This document shows positions 58,399 to 64,000 of a stretch of DNA of 64,000 bases, piece after piece. The notes beneath the pieces were generated by a model, which was given only the letters and a program-made list of their open reading frames with translations, did no database searches and was not told the origin of the DNA. Origin of the DNA: Klebsiella phage vB_KpM_FBKp24; the sequence record MW394391.1; one strand, written 5' to 3'. How positions within the stretch are numbered: position 1 is the first letter of the stretch; each line of letters begins with the position of its first letter. A program made the position numbers and the translations under genes.

Positions 58399-58760
58399 CG
58401 AATGATTATTGCATTACCGGTACGGCGAGAATAATCTTCCATTCTCTTATACTCGATACAACGTTCTACGTACTCCACGGTATAATCCCCGTAGTGCGCG
58501 ATTTCTTCCGCGGGTATACCGCGCATGTGCGCCTCGTAAATCCCTGTCTGTCGATAATCCGTAGTGATGGACTCTAATAACTCGTCCCTTTGTTTTATTA
58601 ACCGCCCGATAATACTTCTGGCGATTCTATCGCCAGCGCGAACCTTGAAGAGTTCTTTCTCTCTGTCCTTGTTTAAGAATGAGATATAGGGCGAACTTTT
58701 AATAAATGAGCTCACGAAGTTCCCTCGCGGTGTCGTTATCGGCCAATAGATGGAACCCAC
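58383..58760 (-). CDS. HTH protein with sigma-70 region-4-like motif (RGIPAEEIAHYGDYTVEYVERCIEY); GTG start
   Basis: HTH pattern shared with the 970..1209 protein. Confidence 0.45.
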   Translation of the reverse strand: MGSIYWPITTPRGNFVSSFIKSSPYISFLNKDREKELFKVRAGDRIARSIIGRLIKQRDELLESITTDYRQTGIYEAHMRGIPAEEIAHYGDYTVEYVERCIEYKRMEDYSRRTGNAIIIRWPEE

Positions 58761-58920
58761 TTATTGTCGACGTATCTGCTCCGATACGTTTACCCATAAC
58801 GAGTAAATCGTAACGGGCGGTCGGCAGCGGAAGAGGTAGCGCTTCTTTATCAATTTGGGTTTCGTTTACCAAATCACAAAGCGATTCTTTCGCGAGAAAA
58901 ATCTGGTAATCTTTATCCAT
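58699..58920 (-). CDS. hypothetical protein (73 aa)
   Basis: ATG verified; fits between neighbouring genes. Confidence 0.4.
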   Translation of the reverse strand: MDKDYQIFLAKESLCDLVNETQIDKEALPLPLPTARYDLLVMGKRIGADTSTISGFHLLADNDTARELRELIY

Positions 58921-58925
58921 AGTGG

Positions 58926-59333
58926 CTATTTCCAGCAGACGTCGAAGGTGATGATGTCAGAGCGATAAGTGCCATCTTCGTTTTTCTTCCGCAGAATACG
59001 CGGATAGAATTTAAACGGCAGGTCTGGCTCTTGGAGCGATTTCGCCACCCGTTCAGATTTGATAGGGTTATAAGATTGAATGATCGCCGTAAGATTACCT
59101 TCGCTGTCCCAATTGTAGTGTTTGGTGACGAAATGGCAATCCTTCTTATCAACCGTCACGTAACGAAGGAACTCTTCTTTCGACATCCCTTTCACTGGCG
59201 GAGGTAAATGTCCCAGCTCCAGGAAAGAATGTTTCCTTTCGAAGAACTTACTGACAGAGGCTATCCCTAAACGGTCCACCTCAGATTTGTTCAGTAATAC
59301 TACACGACGGGAAAATTTAGCCAGTTCGTTCAT
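58926..59333 (-). CDS. hypothetical protein (135 aa)
   Basis: ORF. Confidence 0.5.
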   Translation of the reverse strand: MNELAKFSRRVVLLNKSEVDRLGIASVSKFFERKHSFLELGHLPPPVKGMSKEEFLRYVTVDKKDCHFVTKHYNWDSEGNLTAIIQSYNPIKSERVAKSLQEPDLPFKFYPRILRKKNEDGTYRSDIITFDVCWK

Positions 59334-59827
59334 TTTAGATTCTCCAAATAAGTGTTCAAACGATCAACGTGAGCGGCGACCCATTCCGGATCGTCGTAAT
59401 CATCAATATTAGCAGTGACTTCTAATACAGCGTCTGGTACTTCGACAGAGTAGTATTCCATATACATTTTTAATAATGAGCAACCCGCCGCGTCGATGTA
59501 TAGGTACGCATCGAAAATGTCGGTATCGCTAACTTCATTCGCTCTGTCGGAACTGTGGAGCGTGTTAAGATCTTCTATTGTCGTCCCATCCGGATGTGCT
59601 GTATCGAGTATCACGCCATCAATACTTAAGAAAGCGTGGTTGTCATTATCCCAATACGCGACAGAGTGACCTAGCGTATTTGCGACGGCACCAATTGCTA
59701 GTGCGGCAGTCCCGCAATCGCCTTGGTTGATTCTCTGCACAGCGTCTTTATCATCAATCCTATCAAAGAAGACGCGATAGAAAGTAACAAAGGTGTTAAT
59801 CAGTTCTTTTGGGGTAACGGTAGGCAT
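59330..59827 (-). CDS. hypothetical protein with papain-like Q-G-x-C-G motif (NQGDCGTAALAIG) and downstream His; possible cysteine peptidase
   Basis: motif seen in translation only. Confidence 0.4.
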   Translation of the reverse strand: MPTVTPKELINTFVTFYRVFFDRIDDKDAVQRINQGDCGTAALAIGAVANTLGHSVAYWDNDNHAFLSIDGVILDTAHPDGTTIEDLNTLHSSDRANEVSDTDIFDAYLYIDAAGCSLLKMYMEYYSVEVPDAVLEVTANIDDYDDPEWVAAHVDRLNTYLENLK

Positions 59828-60494
59828 TAATAAACTCCTCTTGGTTGACTTTCAAATAATCAAATGCAATTTGGTATTTCGACGCTACATCGCCATGACG
59901 GAAGGTGTACTGCTCATCCAGCGCATCGAACCTCGCCAGCGCTTGTGCTAAAATACCGCTATGAAATCCAGTGCGAGGTAAGTTGTTTAAGAATTGATCT
60001 TTCTCGACTAACCATGCCCGTAAAAAGGCTATAGGCAGGTCGTCTGGGTGAGACGCATTGTCCAGGATATCGGCGATTTTTACCGCCCAGATAAAAGGGT
60101 CGTCAGAGCCAATCAACCTCAGATTTTCTAATGTTGTTCTATTACAGCGATTCGCCTTGATATATTCTTTCGTATAGACATCCGTCACCCCATCCACAAT
60201 ATGGATGGTTCGATTTAGTAACTTTGAAAATTGGAAACTGATGTTATCGAAAGAGAAAATAGTATAGCGTAAATCCTCCAGTGACAATTCCGTGTCTTCA
60301 ACAACGTCATGGAGAAGGCCCGCACAAACAACTTCTGCTGGAAATTGGTATGCTTTTAAAAGTTCACTTACTTTGAAAGGGTGAATGTAATAAGGTTTAT
60401 CACTTCCTTTTCTCTTTTGTCCAGTGGCACCATGGGCAACCATTGCCACGATATTGGCCAGCCGATAAAGTTTTTCTTCATTCGTAGCGTTCAT
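59796..60494 (-). CDS. SpoT/RelA-type HD-domain small alarmone hydrolase ((p)ppGpp/(p)ppApp hydrolase-like)
   Basis: YIHPFKVSELL...AGLLHDVVEDT is the signature HD motif of the RelA/SpoT hydrolase domain; ATG verified; motif-1 promoter upstream. Confidence 0.75.
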   Translation of the reverse strand: MNATNEEKLYRLANIVAMVAHGATGQKRKGSDKPYYIHPFKVSELLKAYQFPAEVVCAGLLHDVVEDTELSLEDLRYTIFSFDNISFQFSKLLNRTIHIVDGVTDVYTKEYIKANRCNRTTLENLRLIGSDDPFIWAVKIADILDNASHPDDLPIAFLRAWLVEKDQFLNNLPRTGFHSGILAQALARFDALDEQYTFRHGDVASKYQIAFDYLKVNQEEFINAYRYPKRTD

Positions 60495-60514
60495 GTGCCA
60501 CCTTAATAGATTGG

Positions 60515-60542
60515 GTTACATTAGAGTGATATAGTCTTCAAA
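60515..60542 (-). promoter_or_regulatory. motif-1 promoter-like element (GACTATATCACTCTAATGT)
   Basis: consensus match 24 nt upstream of the hydrolase gene. Confidence 0.5.
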
Positions 60543-60561
60543 TAAATTCCGTTCACCGTAA

Positions 60562-60600
60562 AATAGAAAGAGGAGAGGGAAACCCCTCTCCTCTTTTATC
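60562..60600 (-). terminator. intrinsic terminator (agaggagaggg-aaac-ccctctcctct) followed by TTTTAT
   Basis: 11-bp stem. Confidence 0.6.
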
Positions 60601-60601
60601 G

Positions 60602-61225
60602 TCAATAAATTCGAACTTCGTAAACACCCTGCTGAACAAAGGTAATTCCCACACCCAAGTTCGCTGGCCAGTTCACCAAGATCTTGCCCGGTGTCGCTTC
60701 ATTGGCGACGATTGCCGATGACATCTCGATAGCATCTGAGGCGTTACCTTTGGCAAGTACATATTCACCGTAAACGTTAGGGTACGACACATTCAAAACA
60801 ATAATACGGTGGTAACCGGTAGTCCCGATAAGCCGTGACGGAATCGTGATGCTTTCGTTGGCGGTAGCAGTGTAGCGGAATAATACGCCAGTCGCCGCAT
60901 TATTGACAGGAAGAGAAACTGCCACTCCAGAACTGTTCATGATCTGAGACAGTGTACTCCCGTCAAACAAAAAGATGTTTGCCGCTGTTTTGGTGTAATC
61001 CGACCAAATCAGTGCGTAATCACCCGCCTTAAGATTCGCCAAAGCGGTCGCACTGTCCGTATAAACGGTAGGGTTAGCCATAACCATACGAAGCACGGCC
61101 ACTGAGACCGCCTGTGTACTTTCGTCCCCGTTTACCAATGAAGTCGAGAAAGGAATGATATCCTTCTCGGCTATGGTGTTGACACGGGTAAGTTCGGAGA
61201 TCTTTACCGAGATATCTTCTGCCAT
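60602..61225 (-). CDS. hypothetical protein (207 aa), beta-rich, possibly virion-associated
   Basis: ORF. Confidence 0.55.
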   Translation of the reverse strand: MAEDISVKISELTRVNTIAEKDIIPFSTSLVNGDESTQAVSVAVLRMVMANPTVYTDSATALANLKAGDYALIWSDYTKTAANIFLFDGSTLSQIMNSSGVAVSLPVNNAATGVLFRYTATANESITIPSRLIGTTGYHRIIVLNVSYPNVYGEYVLAKGNASDAIEMSSAIVANEATPGKILVNWPANLGVGITFVQQGVYEVRIY

Positions 61226-61280
61226 GTTAAAGTTCCTTAGGAATAAAACGAAGAGTTAACATAGCAACTCAGTCGTGGTA

Positions 61281-62555
61281 TTACGCCGGATCCGGGTTAG
61301 GGATATTGACGTCACTGATACCCACCGCTACATCGGGATTAGGTTCAACGCTGTCATTTTGCTTCCTTTCGATTCGTAATTTCTCGGGGTGTTTCAGATT
61401 AAAACGACGCCGCATTTGGTAGAGATAATTGTTATCGTCGTCATCGCCGATAAATTTGATTTCATACCCAACCCGGTCAAAATAACTGTAGGTATCAGAG
61501 CGACTGTTTTTACGTTCTAATCCAACAACGACTTTCCCTTTAAACCGCTTATAGTCTTCCGTCCAACTCTGGAAATGTTTTGTTGGGAAACAGGGAGTTG
61601 AGAAGCTGATCTCGTAAACGGCTCCTCTGAACCAGGTCAGTTTATCGTCAATAAGCTGGGCGTCATTAGGGATCAACGCGATCAACCGCATCAACGGGTA
61701 AATAAGGTCCCGATGGATTGTTTCTCCTCGAAACTCACCACCAACCCTGACGATCTCTTCCCCGTTATCGTAGCCATCGGACCAGGTTGCGTTATCAAGG
61801 CTCCTGATCGCTTTCTGCCGAGTCTTTGAATCGAATTGACCCATCAGCTTAATGTAATGAAGAAACGTCTCTGTGAGCATATCACAGAGCGTAGGGTCGA
61901 TGAAAAATGATTCCGGTCGGATGTAATTTCCTTCAACGAAACCCGCTCCGGAACGAAGATACCTCAACTCAATAAACGCTTCGACGTGCTGCGGATTAAT
62001 TTCAATAGTTGCTGCGTTGTCGAGATAAAAATGTTTCTCCGGTTTATCGGGCTCACTCCACGGGAAGGTAATTTCGGTAGAGGAATAATAGTTGTGATAA
62101 CCAATAAACTCGCCACTAAAACTACTCGGGTGGTAAAATACCCGACCGTCGTTATAACGCGCTATTCCGTCGTCGTCTAAAAACAGCGCACCACAACGCT
62201 TATTTTGTTTATTCCCATACCCGTGATCAACCCACTCTTCCGGTTCCCCGGTCAATGGAGTCAGCGGAGAAAAGCTGAGCAGTTTGATAAGAATATCCAA
62301 CACCCGGGCACGTTCAGTTGCCTCGTCAATGCGAGAAAATAACAACTGACTGAATCCGTAAAGGAGAGAATCTTTCTCTTCGATAGGGGAAAGGTTTTCT
62401 TTCCAATGACGCATGGAACCAATTAAACAACTAGCGCTTCCGCCGGAGTGACCCTGCTCGTCCCAGATCTCGTAACACTCTCTTAAGAGGTCACAGGTTT
62501 CCGCGTCTAATTTGGCGAAAATGAATTCCACTTCGAAATGACTTTTCAAACTCAT
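61281..62555 (-). CDS. hypothetical protein (424 aa)
   Basis: long ORF. Confidence 0.65.
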   Translation of the reverse strand: MSLKSHFEVEFIFAKLDAETCDLLRECYEIWDEQGHSGGSASCLIGSMRHWKENLSPIEEKDSLLYGFSQLLFSRIDEATERARVLDILIKLLSFSPLTPLTGEPEEWVDHGYGNKQNKRCGALFLDDDGIARYNDGRVFYHPSSFSGEFIGYHNYYSSTEITFPWSEPDKPEKHFYLDNAATIEINPQHVEAFIELRYLRSGAGFVEGNYIRPESFFIDPTLCDMLTETFLHYIKLMGQFDSKTRQKAIRSLDNATWSDGYDNGEEIVRVGGEFRGETIHRDLIYPLMRLIALIPNDAQLIDDKLTWFRGAVYEISFSTPCFPTKHFQSWTEDYKRFKGKVVVGLERKNSRSDTYSYFDRVGYEIKFIGDDDDNNYLYQMRRRFNLKHPEKLRIERKQNDSVEPNPDVAVGISDVNIPNPDPA

Positions 62556-62744
62556 GGTTTTGATTTCCTATTGGCTTTGTTTTCGATTAGTAATAGTATT
62601 TAAAGCTGTAGTCTGTATGCGTTTAAACGCTGTTCTTCTTATTTTCAAAACAAATAGATACCGCGTATTTTTTTCTGGGTTCTCGGCCTGGTATTTTATG
62701 TTACCGTAACGTATCAAACACTTTGCAAAGGCTAAAATAAAAAA

Positions 62745-64000
62745 TGAAACATACACGCAATGTTCTTAAGGCGCTCGCATCAAAACCTTCTTTAGAGGCC
62801 CAGGCTTTCGAGGCTTTACAAGAAGGGCAGAGTGCCGACCTCAGCTTCCTGGCACTGGAAGCTTATGAACTCACTGATGAAGTCGCCGATCAGCTTGACG
62901 AAGCTGGTGAACTGGAAGAGAAAACAGAACGCGGTGAAGTACTTAAAGATTTCATCCAATCCGAAATTGCTAATGACGACCGCGTAGCGACCCCTAACGA
63001 AATCGCTTTAATCGAACAAGCCACCGACGCTGTCGTTGACGGCACTGGTGAGACGGTTGAAACCGTCATCCCATCTCTGGAGTCGTTTGAAGTGAAGGGC
63101 GGTGCTGCGCCGTCACTGGAAGCGCTGGGTGGGACAATTTCTGACTTCGCAAAGGGCGCGATTCAGCTGGTTAAGAACGCAGGCGATTCTTTTAAGAAAT
63201 ACCTCAAAAGCCTGTTCTCTCGTCTTGAGGCATTGAAGAACTTAATCGGTGACGTTGAGAAGAAAGCCACCAACGCAGAGTTTGCTGAATCGGTTGAGGT
63301 CTCAGCTGCACTTTCCGTTTCCGCCGCTTGGGACGATAACAGCTTTGCCTCCACATTCGATAAAGCCATTTCCGGAATGGAAGTAATCGCGAAGAAAACT
63401 ACCGAACTGTCTGGTCCCTACGCTCAAAAACTGCTGACTAAACACGACGAGTTTGTCAACCTGGTTCAGAAAACGTTTGACGGGGCATTAGGGCGCAGCG
63501 ATAAAAAATCCCTCGAGCGTTCCGATCTGGCGAAGAAATTTATCAACAACGCCGAAGCACTGGCTGCGCTGTTCCAGAATACCCTTTCTGACGGAAAAGA
63601 GTTCGGCGGGCTGTATGTCTCTAATGGCGAGAAATTAAAAAGTTCCGATGATTTCAGCGCTGTATCTAAATCGATCGTTAAATGCGTACCGCAGGTTTTC
63701 CGTGCTGGTAATGTCGATGGTCGTTCTTTCACCATGACCGGCGTGAACAAAGAGTCTGTACGTCGCCTGTGTTCGATTCTGAAGAACTCTACCGGCAGCC
63801 TGTCCAGAACTAAAGCAACCGGCACTATGTTTAATGTCGATTTCTTTACGACGCAGAACGATTTTGGTTTAGTGAGTTCAATCGTCTTTGGTATCAGCTC
63901 CACCCAATTCCAGATGGCGATTAACCGCGTGAACCGTGCGTACATTTCCGGCTATACTCGCCCGTTGATGCAGTACATCAACCACTACTTCCGTGTAGCG
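62745..64000 (+). CDS. hypothetical protein, N-terminal 418 aa (MKHTRNVLKALASKPSLEAQ...), truncated by window end; GC3-rich, likely abundant or structural
   Basis: uninterrupted frame from ATG 62745 to the window end; absent from the ORF track because no stop codon is reached. Confidence 0.6.

Noticed and set aside
63163-63945. - strand ORFs 63163..63369 and 63466..63945
   Set aside because: They lie antisense to the uninterrupted + strand gene beginning at 62745, which has better composition and context.
1-64000. CRISPR arrays, integrase, transposase, IS elements, rRNA
   Set aside because: No regularly spaced direct repeats, no tyrosine or serine recombinase or DDE motifs, and no rRNA-like conserved blocks were seen.

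Overview
The window reads as a densely packed segment of a phiKZ-related 'jumbo' myovirus genome of enterobacterial type, probably from a nucleus-forming phage; the nearest relatives are guessed to be SPN3US-like, and that guess is inference only. Diagnostic genes seen directly in the translations are: a split multisubunit RNA polymerase beta-prime N-terminal fragment with a Cys4 zinc finger and the NCDFDGDQ catalytic loop; a PhuZ-type phage tubulin with GAGGAG, SASGGSGS and an acidic C-terminal tail; a large terminase with Walker A QPRQTGKS; a tail sheath and tail tube gene pair; and an endolysin with an N-terminal peptidoglycan-binding repeat followed by a 37-aa transmembrane peptide. Candidate accessory functions include a 633-aa codon-optimised early gene that I propose as the phage-nucleus shell protein (chimallin), an SSB-like protein ending in DFDNDVPW next to an Mre11/SbcD-type metallophosphoesterase, a HAD phosphatase with a DHH/DHHA1 phosphoesterase pair, a SpoT-like HD (p)ppGpp hydrolase, a signal-peptide-bearing lytic transglycosylase, a tandem array of eleven small genes next to phuZ, and a 49-57 kb island of small secreted and membrane proteins. 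About 85% of genes lie on the minus strand as single-gene or short transcription units. Each unit is typically delimited by a GC-rich hairpin terminator, many with GG-AAAC-CC loops, and by a recurring promoter-like motif TATAT(AT)CACCCTAATGA seen at least seven times. Two plus-strand gene cassettes are flanked by a duplicated ~110-bp divergent promoter module and an identical 38-bp terminator. No rRNA, tRNA, CRISPR array, or transposase was recognised.
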